Notes under the pieces: generated by a model
Database searches by the model: none
What the model was told of the DNA's origin: nothing
What the model saw: only the letters and a program-made list of their open reading frames with translations
Assembly (NCBI RefSeq): GCF_046119375.1
Contig: NW_027362762.1
Location: forward strand, 801,660,001-801,724,000
DNA length: 64,000 bases
Source of the DNA: Phyllobates terribilis
Taxonomy: Eukaryota
Direction of reading: 5' to 3'
Made by a program: the position numbers and the translations under genes
Shown: in pieces, positions 49,070-61,242 of the stretch
Position numbering within the stretch: the first letter of the stretch is position 1
Layout of the letters: each line of letters opens with the position of its first letter

Positions 49070-49965
49070 GGCCATGTACACCTGGATGGGGGGCCTTGGA
49101 TACCCGGATGGAAATGGGGGGCCATGGGTACCTGGATGGAGATGGTGGGGGGGAATCATGTATTCCAGGATGGGGATGAGGGGGCCAAGCATACCAGGAT
49201 GGGCACGAGGGGGCAAAGCATACCAGGATGGGCACGAGGGGGCCCAGCATACCCGGATGGGCACGAGGGGGCCGTGCATACCAGGATGGGGATGAGGGGG
49301 CCGTGCATACCAGGATGGGGATAAGGGGGCCGTGCATACCAGGATGGGGATGAGGGGGTCGTGCATACCAGGATGGGGATGAGGGGGTCATGCATACCAG
49401 GATGGGGATGAGGGGGTCATGCATACCAGGATGGGGATGAGGGGGGGTCATGTATACCAGGATGGGGATGAGGGGGGGTCATGTATACCAGGATGAGGGG
49501 GTGGCATGTATACCAGGATGAGGGGGCCGTATATACCGGGATGGGGATGAGGGGGCCATGTATACCAGAATGAGGATGAGGTGGCCATGTACACCAGGCT
49601 GGGGATGAGGGGGCCATGTATACCAGGATGGGGGTGAGGGGGCCATGTATACCAGGATGGGGGTGAGGGGCCCATGTATACCAGGATGGGGGGTGAGGGG
49701 GCCATGTATACCAGGATGGGGGTGAGGGGGCCATGCATACCAGGATGGGGGTGAGGGGGCCATGCATACCAGGATGGGGATTGGGGCCATGTATACCTGG
49801 ATTAGGATGAGGATTGGGGCCATGTATACCTGGATGGGGGGGGGCATGTATACCTGGATTGGGATGGGGGGCCATGTATACCAGGATGGGGGGGCATGTA
49901 TACCTGGATTGGGGGCCATATATACCAGGATAGGGATCATATATACCACCAGGATAGGGACATAT
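49070..49965. repeat. G-rich 26-30-bp minisatellite
   Basis: GGGGGCCATGTATACCAGGATGGGGATGA-type units. Confidence 0.92.
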
Positions 49966-49966
49966 A

Positions 49967-51595
49967 CAGTACAGACCAAAAGTTTGGACACACCTTTTCA
50001 TTTAAAGATTTTTCTGTATTTTCATGACTATGAAAATTGTACATTCACACTGAAGGCATCAAAACTAAGAATTAACACATGTGGAATTATATACTTAACA
50101 AAAAAGTGTGAAACAACTGAAAATATGTCTTATATTCTAGGTTCTTCAAAGTAGCCACCTTTTGCTTTGATCACTGCTTTGCACACTCTTGGCATTCTCT
50201 TGATGAGCTTCAAGAGGTAGTCACCGGAAATGGTCTTCCAACAATCTTGAAGGAGTTCCCAGAGATGCTTAGCACTTGTTGGCCCTTTTGCCTTCACTCT
50301 GCAGTCCAGCTCACCCCAAACCATCTCGATTGGGTTCAGGTCTGGTGACTGTGGAGGCCAGGTCATCTGACGTAGCACTCCATCACTCTCCTTCTTGGCC
50401 AAGTAGCCCTTACACAGCCTGGAGGTGTGTTTGGGGTCATTGTCCTGTTGAAAAATAAATGATGGTCCAACTAAACGCAAACCGGATGGAATAGCATGCC
50501 GCTGCAAGATGCTGTGGTAGCCATGCTGGTTCAGTATGCCTTCAATTTTGAATAAATCCCCAACAGTGTCACCAGCAAAGCACCCCCACACCATCACACC
50601 TCCTCCTCCATGCTTCACGGTGGGAACCAGGCATGTAGAGTCCATCCGTCTCCTTTTCTGCGTCGCACAAAGACACGGTGGTTGGAACCAAAGATCTCAA
50701 ATTTGGACTCATCAGACCAAAGCACAGATTTCCACTGGTCCAATGTCCATTCCTTGTGTTCTTTAGCCCAAACAAGTCTCTTCTGCTTGTTGGCTGTCCT
50801 TAGCAGTGGTTTCCTAGCAGCTACTTTACCATGAAGGTCTGCTGCACAAAGTCTCCTCTTAACAGTTGTTGAAGAGATGGGTCTGCTGCTAGAACTCTGT
50901 GTGGCATTGACCTGGTCTCCAATCTGAGTTGCTGTTAACCTGCGATTTCTGAGGCTGGTGACTCGGATAAACTTCTCCTCAGAAGCAGAGGTGACTCTTG
51001 GTCTTCCTTTCCTGGGGCGGTTCTCATGTGAGCCAGTTTCTTTGTAGCGCTTGATGGTTTTTGCAACTGCACTTGGGGACACTTTCAAAGGTTGCCCAAT
51101 TTTTCGGACCGACTGACCTTCATTTCTTAAAGTAATGATGGCCACTCGTTTTTCTTTACTTAGCTGCTTTTTTCTTGCCTTAATACAAATTCTAACAGTC
51201 TATTCAGTAGGACTATCAGCTGTGTATCCACCTGACTTCTGCACAACACAACTGATGGTCCCAACCCCATTTATAAGGCAAGAAATCCCACTTATTAAAC
51301 CTGACAGGGCACACCTGTGAAGTGAAAACCATTTCTGGTGACTACCCCTTGAAGCTCATCAAGAGAATGCCAAGAGTGTGCAAAGCAGTCATCAAAGCAA
51401 AAGGTGGCTACTTTGAAGAACCTAGAATATAAGACATATTTTCAGTTGTTTCACACTTTTTTGTTAAGTATATAATTCCACATGTGTTAATTCATAGTTT
51501 TGATGCCTTCAGTGTGAATGTACCATTTTCAAAGTCATGAAAATACTGAAAAATCTTGAAATGAGAAGGTGTGTCCAAACTTTTGGTCTGTACTG
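49967..51595 (-). mobile_element. Full-length Tc1-like transposon (1629 bp, long TIRs, TA TSD)
   Basis: TA-CAGTACAGACCAAAAGTTTGGACACACC...GGTGTGTCCAAACTTTTGGTCTGTACTG-TA with TIRs of about 260 bp. Confidence 0.96.
50130..51181 (-). pseudogene. Tc1 DD34E transposase, frameshifted, start codon apparently lost
   Basis: ORFs 50615-51145 (paired-like HTH, GRPR, VLWSDES) and 50130-50645 (FQQDNDPKH, SPDLNPIE) overlap in different frames. AAG at 51179-51181 sits where I infer the ATG was. Confidence 0.9.
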
Positions 51596-52680
51596 TATAT
51601 ACCAGGATGGGGGACTTTACCCCTATAACAGTGTCAGCAGCAGATTCCCCTCCCTATAACAGTGTGCCATGACCACATTTTGCTTCAATTTTTTTCTATG
51701 TTCTTCCTCTAAGGCTAGGTGCGTTTTTGATGCGGAAATTTCACGCGTAATTGGCCTCAAAAACGCATTGCAAACCTTATCCCATGATTTCCTATGATAT
51801 TTTGCAAGATGATCAGGATTTTTCCTGACTGAATTTCATGTGCCGAAAAAGAAGCAGCATGTCCATTCTTTGTGCGTTTTGGCCTGCTTTTTTCCAATAC
51901 AATGCATTGCAAAAAATGTCAAATCCGCAGACAAAAACGCTACTGATTTTCCGCAGCGTTTTTTCTGCCAAGAGTTACAGAAACGCTGCAGAAATTTCTG
52001 CAAGCAATTCCTGATCGTGCGCACATAGCTTAAAATCTAGGTGCTTCTTATGGTCCGGTGCGTTTTATAGTCCGAAAAATGCAGTAATAACCTGAATGAA
52101 GATACACGAATAGATAGTGGGGAGGAAAAACCCCACGCGTATCGCCACTACAATTGTGGCTTCCTCAGGGGTGAGCGTATACTCATTGTCAGTCATTATG
52201 TATTTGTTATACATGCCAGTATTTCTATTGCATCACAACTCTTCAGTTAGTCTATTTGCACGTGTATTTGATCCTTTGTTGTAAACTTGAATCCATATTG
52301 TGAGTTATCTTATTTCATTCGTCTGAATGGATTACACTTGGGCTTAAGTCGGTGTGCATTAGACTAATATTATTATGTTGGTAACCTTTAATATATTATC
52401 ATATGTATAGACAGTGGAGATCTAACTTGATCTTGTTGATATACTACAGCCAGTTGTGCCTTTTACGTGTTTTTATATTTCTACTTTTGGCTAATTTATT
52501 TATCAATAATTATTTAATATTTTTTTGGTGTATCCCTAGTCACACACACTTCTTTCCTTCTTTAATACGTTACTTATTGATATGTGATAGGTTGATCCCA
52601 ATACATATATTTGAGTTGGTGCCCTCTTACACTTACACCGCTTTGTTGTCACATTATTCAGGGAATACAAGCTATCAGGT

Positions 52681-52730
52681 TTGTCCTGATGAAGAGCTAT
52701 GAACACTTCGAAATGCGTTGTCAAATAAAA
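52681..52730 (+). ncRNA. Degenerate hammerhead-like motif within a Penelope-like remnant
   Basis: TTGTC-CTGATGA-A-GAG...TTC-GAAA-TGCG-TT-GTCAAATAAA. Helices I and III carry mismatches. Confidence 0.45.
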
Positions 52731-53263
52731 ACTGCATCTACACCATTTGTGTCTCATCGTACTTTGGACCTCTGGCAGCGCAGATTTATATCCACTCTTC
52801 CATGTTTGTATCTCAGTTGCCGATTATTGGCACATCTAAATGGGTCTTGGGTTTAGAAGAAGGCTCAACATAGATCATTCTCTTGGCACAAACATCTTTC
52901 TAAACTACTTCAGGAATTGTTTTCACTATTAATTATATTTCTCTAGGCTTCATGTGAAGGAGTATAGCAAATGTCCAATTGTTACTGTCACTCCAGTATT
53001 CAGGATAAGAAAGGGTGGCAGGGACAAAGCTGTTGGATGAAGTAAATCTGCCTTCTGTTATAATAACTATACCACCCTACCGATCTGCTCGCCTTGATCC
53101 TAGATGCATTAGGATTACAAAGTGGATTAGATTACATCTATACTGGGCTTTCATAAATTAGAAAGTGGAAGGGATGGGAGGCTGTTCATATGTATGTAAA
53201 GAGCGAGGGAGTCTAGGCAGGCATAAGTCCTAAATGAGTTGTCCAGCGAGAACAAGTTATCAC

Positions 53264-53544
53264 TAGTGATGAGCGAGTATGTTCTGTTAACCCTTTCGGC
53301 AAGCATGCTCGGGTGCTTGCCGAGTATATTCGGCGTGCTCGGGTATTATGTTTTAGTCACTCCGTGTGCATGATTTGCGACTGACAGCTTTAATACATGT
53401 GAGGAATGCCTAAGAAACAAGCATTCCTCACATGTATTAAAGCTGTCAAACAGTCTCAAATCATGTGCACGGAGTGACTAAAACATAATACCCGAGCACG
53501 CCGAATATACTCGGAAAACACCCGAGCATGCTCGCTCATCACTA
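53264..53544. mobile_element. hAT-type MITE with perfect 8-bp TSD
   Basis: TAGTGATGAGCGAG...CTCGCTCATCACTA. TSD GTTATCAC at 53256-53263 and 53545-53552. Confidence 0.93.
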
Positions 53545-55429
53545 GTTATCACCTATCCAATGGATAGGCGATAACTTGCTGATCGGTAAGTACTTGAAAT
53601 CCTGGGACCCAATCGTCAGAATGGGGAATTTTTATTCTTATTACAAAACAGATTGGCATTTTGGATGCTCGACCGCCGCTCCTTTCATTCTTTATGGGTC
53701 TGCCACAAAGAGCCGAGCACAACACTCTACATTCTGATTGGGAATGAATGTAGCGAAGGTGACGCATGCGCTCTTCAGTCCCGCACAATCGGAGATAAAA
53801 GTTCCTTGTTTTGCTGATCGGGGCAGATCCAGCAGTCAGACGGGAGGCCAAAAGTGTATCATTTATTTATTGTATAAAAAAGCGCAGAAGGCTGACGCCC
53901 ATGAGAAGTGGACTTTGCCTACATGCTTACCACTTGTAGGATGCTTGGAGAATTCTGCTCCGCAGCTCTTGCCGCCTAGACGCAGTGCCCAGCATGGCCT
54001 GGGGCTCTCTGTTAATGCTGCCGTGATCTTATTGGACTTAGTCTTTATTAAACCTCTTTGTGGCGAAAAGTCAAAAATGAGATGAATGTGATTAACATGC
54101 ATATTGTCATTGTAACAGAAGGGAAACTTGAGGGAGGCTGGACTGCATGATGTCAAATAATGTCATTTACCAAATAGCGGTCCTGGACTTGATAGATGAC
54201 AAAATATGCGTGAAGTCATTAATTTGCTCTTCACTCAACATCTGTTGGACCAACCTGATAAGAAGCCACATTTTCCTGTTTCTCCATTTTACTAAAAATA
54301 TATATTTTCAGAAACCAAAATGATAAATTAGTTTTTTCCCCTTATTATAAAAGGATAACAGAATGCATTGAATTGTGAAAAATCGATATTTGTTTAATTC
54401 AGAATATTTTACGTTTTTTTTTATTTTTTTTTAATATATATATAAAGAAGCAATCTCAAGAATTTTTTTCTGCCCTAAACTTGTATAGTGTAGTGTAAGG
54501 GAAGGTGCAGACTGCCATTTTCTCCATATCTGAGTAGTTCAGTCCAATGTGCTAGTCACAATCCGTTCATAGTTTGATCAGAGTGTGATCCAATTTTCTC
54601 AGAGGTGAAGAGAAAAAAAAAAAAAATTTCTCCACTTTCTCTATAATGTCAGTCCATGAAAATCGGACCACACTCGGATGTTATCTGAGTGCAGTCCGAT
54701 TTTTTTTTTCCAGGGTCCCATAGAGTTGAATGGGCGAGTTCTATCGGATGCTCAGAGGCAAATCATGCATGTTGCGATTTCTTTTTTCTTGGACCACCCG
54801 GCCCAAGGAAAATATTGGACATGTGCATAGCACCGTAGAATAACATGAGTTATAGTCGTCTGCACGAGCCCGTAATCAGTTAACATACCCACCGATTGAC
54901 ATCTCTGTCGGTTGGCAGGAAAAATGCTGCATAATATATCTCCTTTTTGATGCGTCACTGACTTTCTCTTTGGGTGCGGTTTTACTTGTGTTTTTTTTCC
55001 CATTCATTTGAATGCGTCAAAAATACTGTAAAAACACTGAAAGAATTGACATGCTGCATATTTGAAAAAATGATTTGATGGTTCAAATCTGTAAAGAAAG
55101 AATAAGTCACTTGTGTAAGAGATTTCAGAAATCTCATTCACTTTGCTGTTACTGCAAAGCACTACATAGCACTACATTTTTTGTATTTGCTTGTATTTGA
55201 CAATATCCACCTATGATAATGGTAATAACCAATTAAAGGGAACCTGTCATGTGAAAAAACGCTATTAACTTGCAGATATGGAGTTCATCTGCAGGTTAGT
55301 AGTGTTCTGAACATGCCCTGCGCCCGCACGTACACCCCAGCTACCAGGAGGAAATTAACTTTATTTACCCCGGTAAAGTTTGGGTATCAGTCATGGGGGC
55401 GGCGCTCTGTAGTCACCGCTCTGTACATA

Positions 55430-56365
55430 CAGTTGGAACTAGAAGTTTACATACACTATATAAAAAGACACGTATGCATGTTTTTCTCAATATCTGACAT
55501 GAAATCAGAATAAACCTTTCCCATTTTAAGTCGATTAGGATTACTATAATTTTTAATATTTGCCAAATGCCAGAATATTGAGAGAGAATGTTTTAAGGCA
55601 TTTTTATTACTTACTGCAAAGTCAAAAGTTCACATACATTTCATTAGTATTTAGTATCATAGCCCATAAACTGAATGATTTGGGTCAAACGTTTGGGATA
55701 TCCTTCCACAAGCTTCTCACAATAGTTGGTCGGAATTTGGGCCCATTCCTCCTGATAAAACTGGTGTAACTGATCTAGGTCTGTAGGTTGCTTTGCTCGC
55801 ACCTGCCTTTTCAGCTTTGTCCATAAATTTTCAATAGAATTGAGATCAGGGCTTTGTGATGGCCACTCCAAAACATTGACTTTGTTATCCTTAAGCTACT
55901 TTGTTACCATTTTGGCAGTATGCTTCGGGTCATTGTCCATCATCTTCACAAGGTCTTTTGCTTTTGTCCTTGGGTTGATATGCACATGTTGGACCAAAGC
56001 ACGTTCATCTCTGGGACCCAGAGCCCATCTCCTTCCTGAGCAGTATGATAGCTGGACATTCTCATCTTGTTTGTACTTGCGTATATTTGTTTGTACATAT
56101 GAACGAGGCACCTTCAGGTATCTTGAAATTGTACCCAAAGATGAGCCAGGCTTCTGCAAATCCACAATTCTCTTCCTGATATCTTGGCTGATTTCTTTAG
56201 ACTTTCCCATGATGCTACACAAAGAAGCAGTGTGTTTCAGGTGTGCATTAAAATACATCCACAGGTGTGTCTCTAATTAACTCAGATGTTGCCAAAAAAG
56301 CTATCCGAAGCTTCCAAACACATGACATCATCATATGGGCAGTCCAGAATTGTTTAAAGGCATAG
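55430..56365 (-). mobile_element. Deleted Sleeping Beauty/Tdr1-type Tc1 element
   Basis: TA-CAGTTGGAACTAGAAGTTTACATACAC end. Remnants MGKSKEISQDIRKRIVDL and EWPSQSPDLNSIENLW...VEGYPKRLTQ are present; the centre and right TIR are missing. Confidence 0.88.
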
Positions 56366-57069
56366 TATAAACATTATAAAAAAAAAGAATGGCAGAAATG
56401 AATTTTTTTTACCATTTCACCCCAATTGGATTTTTTTTCCTGTTTACAACTCAAAAAATGAGCTTTCATAAGGCTATGTGGATGGAAAAATAAATAACAA
56501 TTATGGCTGTTATAATTTATTGAAGAAGATGAGGACAAAGCGGACGTGCAGAAAAGAAATTATCTGCAGAGGCGAGGGGCTAAAGAAGTATTCCCATTTT
56601 ATGAAATTATGGCACTTTATGATCGACTAGCTGTTATGGCAGTGAAGCACACTGTGCGGCGCTGTGCCACCTTCTTTTTTAGACTAGTGTACAGTGGCGC
56701 TCTGGTCAACCCCGGTGCAGGACTAGCTCGCTGCACAGCCAAGTGGCCGCCAGCACCGCTGTGCTCTAAAAGCTTAGAAGGGGGGCAGCCCGAAATCATT
56801 TCTGCAGCTTCCACACTCTCAGGATCGCAGGGGTCTGAGAGAACGAGCCCCCTCCCTATCAGTATTAACCCTTTACCTCTTATGTCCGGCTCTCCGCATT
56901 GCTATTTACGTTTAATTATTTTTCCTCATAGGAATAACATTTTTGCCTATTGTTTGATTGTTCCTGTCCAGCTGAAAATAGTTTGGAATTTTGGAGAATT
57001 AAATAGATGAAAATGATACAAGTTACATTGTTTTAAACAAAAAGGGCATTTATTTCTGGAAACAATATA

Positions 57070-58678
57070 CAGTGCCTTGTGAAAGTATTTGGCCCCCTTG
57101 AACTTTTCTACCTTTCGCCACATTTCTGGCTTCAAACTTAAAAATATAAAATTCAAATTTTTTTGGGAAGAATCAACAAGTGGGACACAATCGTGAAGTG
57201 GAATGAAATTTATTGGATATTTTAAACTTTTTAAAAAAATTAAAAACTGAAAAGTGGAGCGTGCAATATTATTCGGCCCCCTTGAGTTAATACTTTGTAG
57301 CGCCACCTTTTGCTGCGATTACAGCTGCAAGTCGCTTGGGGTATGTCTCTATCAGTTTTGCACATCGAGAGGCTGAAATTCTTGCTCATTCTTCCTTGCA
57401 AAACAGCTCGAGCTCATTGAGGTTGGATGGAGGGCGTTTGTGAACAGCAGTTTTCAGCTCTTTCCACAGATTCTCGATTGGATTCAGGTCGGGACTTTGA
57501 CTTGGCCATTCTAACACCTGAATTCGTTTATTTTTGAACCATTCCATTGTAGATTTTGCTTTATGTTTGGGATCATTGTCTTGTTGGAAGATAAATCTCC
57601 GATCCAGTCTCAGGTCTTTTGCAGACTCCAACAGGTTTTCTTCCAGAATGGTCCTGTATTTGGCTCCGTCCATCTTCCCATCAATTTTAACCATCTTCCC
57701 TGTCCCTGCTGAAGAAAAGCAGGCCCAAACCATGATGCTGCCACCACCATGTTTGACAGTGGGGATGGTGTTTTGAGGGTGATGAGCTGTGTTGTTTTTA
57801 CGCCAAACATATCGTTTTGCATTGTGGCCAAAAAGTTCGATTTTGGTTTCATTTGACCAGAGCACCTTATTCCACATGTTTGGCGTGTCTCCCAGGTGAC
57901 TTGTGGCAAACTTCAAATGAGACTTTTTATTGATATCTTTGAGAAATGGCTTTCTTCTTGCCACTCTTCCATAAAGGCCAGATTTGTGCAGTGTACGACT
58001 GATTGTTGTCCTATGGACTGACTCTCCCACCTCAGCTGTAGATCTCTGCAGTTCATCCAGAGTGATCATGGGCCTTTTGGCTGCATCTCTGATCAGTCTT
58101 CTCCTTGTTCGAGAGGAAAGTTTAGAGGGACGGCCGGGTCTTGGTAAATTTGCAGTGGTCTGATACTCCTTCCATTTCAATATGATCGCTTGCACAGTGC
58201 TCCTTGAGATGTTTAAAACTTGGGAAATCTTTTTGTATCCAAATCCGGCTTTAAACTTTGCCACAACAGTATCTCGGACCTGCCTGGTCTTCATGATGCT
58301 CTCTGCAACAGAACCCTGAGACTATCACAGATCAGGTGCATTTATACGGAGACTTGATTACACACAGGTGGATTCTACTTATCATTACCAGTCATTTAGG
58401 ACAACATTGGATCATTCAGAGATCCGCAATGAACTTCTGGAGTGAGTTTGCTGCACTGAAAGGAAAGGGGCCGAATAATATTGCACGCCCCACTTTTCAG
58501 TTTTTAATTTTTTAAAAAAGTTTAAAATATCCAATAAATTTCGTTCCACTTCATGATTGTGTCCCACTTGTTGTTGATAATTCCCCCAAAAATTAGAATT
58601 TTATATCTTTGTTTGAAGCCAGAAATGTGGCAAAAGGTAGAAAAGTTCAAGGGGGCCAAATACTTTCACAAGGCACTG
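57070..58678 (-). mobile_element. Full-length Passport/Eagle-type Tc1 transposon (1609 bp, TA TSD)
   Basis: TA-CAGTGCCTTGTGAAAGTATTTGGCCCCCTTGAAC...-TA with TIRs of about 215 bp. Confidence 0.95.
57287..58294 (-). pseudogene. Tc1 transposase, inactivated
   Basis: The 302-aa ORF has the first catalytic Asp changed to Asn (VLWSNET) and a premature TGA after FCKEE. The frame continues to ...GATKY-TAA at 57287. Confidence 0.9.
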
Positions 58679-60171
58679 TATTTATTTCTTGAACTCTCAG
58701 ATGCACTTCATGATAAGAGACACCCATGTTTATGTGGGAAGGAAAGCAGAAAACTATCCACACCTCGCTCCCGCTGCTAGACTCACAAATATGTCAGCAG
58801 GAGTGTAAAGTCGTCCAAGGAATACAGTGTAAGAAAATGCAACTAGTCTTGGCTAATTCTTATGGAATCATAAGCGCATTCCTGGATAATGCAAACCCAT
58901 CAGCAATTAATTTTTTTTTTTATTAGACTTTAATCTTTTTTATTAGTTACTTTTATTAATTTTAATATACCATTTTTTTAGACTATGATCCATTGATAGA
59001 CTACTTGCTGCTTTAAATGACAGCTTACCATCAAGTTATTACTGCAGCGTGCCGTATTAAATAGGTGGAGAATGCACTGGGAGTATTAGAAAACCTATAT
59101 TTTTTTTGGCGATTGATGATTCTGACAAACAATACTCTGCATCCTACTAATGGGGTGAGCAGTAGGGTTTTTGTTTTAGCCATTGACAAGATTGTATGGC
59201 CCCGATGCATCAAGACCGTCGTTACCTGCTGGATAAGATGCAGAAAATTCATCAAGTGGCTCCTCTTAATGAATCTGTTGTATCCATTAGCTGCCATGCT
59301 CCACTGCAAGGAATGTAGTGGAATACAATTTGGTCGTAATTTACAACTCTGGTGTAAATCGTGATGAATTTGTTGCTCTTTGTTTCCTCTTAGCTGAGCT
59401 CCTTCCAGTTTTCAAAACTGTATTGGAGCTGGCCGGGACTCGCATAAAATAAACAAAAGTTGCACAAAAATTTTGCAACATTTCAAGCAGAAAACTGTTA
59501 AAAACTGCTTCATGAATCGGCCCATAAAAACCCGATTCTGGCGTAAAAAGTTTTGAAAGTTGCATCATTTTGGTACACTAAAATTTTGTGACTTTTAGCA
59601 TTCTCACGCCATTTAATAAAGTGAATGGGGGCATGACGAGTACCAGTGTTCGCGAATCTTACTTCAGCAGGGACTGGAGTAGGATTTGTGGCGAGGCGTA
59701 CACCACTCGTCCATGAATCAGAAGTGTCTGACTCCTGCACACCTCCTCATCAAGACCGGCGTGAACTCCGGTCTTGATGAATCAGGCCCATAGTCTATAG
59801 TGCAGTCATAAGACTATGAATCTTTCACGTGTGAGTAGTGTGATGTATTGTCTGGATTAATTTTTCTTTTTACTAAATAAATGTCCTTAATATCTAATAC
59901 AGTCATGTGACATGAGCCTCCTAGAATTTCACAGAGGTTTAAAACGCTCAGAACAAAAAAGCATTGTGCTTTCAGTCTGCAGCCTCCTGGCATTGAGTAG
60001 TTGGGACCAAAGCCTAGAAAATGTTGTGGACTTTACAGTCATTGCTGTATCTCTTTTTAAAGCCTGCTTTGATGTTACCATTGTGCTAAAGGTTCTTAGG
60101 ATGGAGCTTTGTAATAAACATGATATCTGTGACTAATGCTGCCGTATATTTCTCTCTCTTTTCTCTTTCAG

Positions 60172-60262
60172 TTTTGCTACTGTGAGAATCTATCCTCATG
60201 GCTTAGTGCTGTTTGATCTGCAAAGCCTTGATGAGCCGGACAAAAATGATTCTGTTCGGCAT
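60172..60262 (+). CDS. SMS: Spermine synthase, coding exon 3 (91 bp, phase 2 to phase 0)
   Basis: Polypyrimidine tract plus TTTCAG acceptor and CAT|GTGAGT donor. Translates (S)FATVRIYPHGLVLFDLQSLDEPDKNDSVRH, matching the SMS motif FANLRIYPHGLVLLDLQS. Confidence 0.94.
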
Positions 60263-61126
60263 GTGAGTATATAATATCCCCCATATATACGGGATTTTCC
60301 ATGTAGCACATCCTCCTACAGCAAGGGAAAGTTTAACTAAGACACAGCCGCATAATACAATTCTTTTTGGTAACATTGGGCCACATAGTTTCCAAACTTT
60401 TGATTAAAATTATTCTAGATTTGTAAATTTCCAGACCATTGAAATGTCACCAACACTTAGGCGCAAGGTCCCTACTTTCGATATCGACGTGTTTGGGCAA
60501 CACAATCATGTGTTTGGGGTGGCACCGAACTGATAGTCTGATTTCGGACTGCCGATATCTCTGTCGGCGGCCTATCTCAGGGAGAATAAAGCTGTCTGTC
60601 AGCAGCATTCTCAAAGAGAACATAGGCATGCTCGGCGAAACCAGCACTCCTCTGTGTATGGAAGAGAAGGCTAAGATGGCTGCCAGCCGGACCATCAGCC
60701 GAAGCATCGTTTGGCCAACAGTTATCTAATGTGTATGGCAGACTTTAGGCTTCACTGTGACGTAGAGTCTATTGCTTCAGATTTTCTAATTTCTGAGCAG
60801 GAAAATCTAAAGAATATTACATTACCAGAGAAGTGGATGAGATTTTGCCATCGCTTTGTGTAAAAAGTAATTGGTGTGTAATCCGCACAGAAACTCACTC
60901 GTGATCCGGATTTTACATCTACAGTTTGTCAATTTATGCCGCGAATTTTCACAGTAGATTTAAACTCTCCGCAACATTTGACATACATGTGTGTCATAAT
61001 CTGGAAGAAGTTCCTGCAATATAGTTTATAGGTTGGCATGGTGATCATGCATCAAGGATTGGAGTAAAAATGAGTTAAATCGGCGCTGCCGGTGGAAGGG
61101 TAATGAGAAAGGAATCCAAGAATGTG

Positions 61127-61242
61127 GTTTATTGGTCAACGCGTTTTGAAGTGTCACACTTCTTCATCAGGACAAACCACAGTGATCGCTGTGGTTTCTC
61201 CTGATGAAGAAGTGACACTTCGAAAGGCATTGACCAATAAAC
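61127..61242. ncRNA. 116-bp palindrome with two back-to-back hammerhead-like motifs
   Basis: Each arm reads CTGATGA-A-GAAGTG..CACTTC-(G/A)AAA-xGCx-TT-GACCAATAAA outward from the centre. Confidence 0.55.

Larger units (their letters stand above)
48382..52084. mobile_element. Non-autonomous Tc2/pogo-like element (CCGTATTTTTCGG-type ends, TA TSD) with an internal minisatellite, a nested Tc1 and a nested MITE (about 51712-52030)
   Basis: TA-CCATATTTTTCGGGCTATAAGACGCAC...GTGCGTTTTATAGTCCGAAAAATGCAG-TA. Confidence 0.75.
7258..60171 (+). other. SMS: SMS intron 2, 52,914 bp, GT-AG
   Basis: Joining exon 2 (ends AG) to exon 3 (starts T) gives AGT = Ser and the continuous reading KNGS-FATVRIYPHG. Confidence 0.88.

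Noticed and set aside
48990-50001. Pro/His-rich ORFs here and at 62913-63989
   Set aside because: Minisatellite translations.
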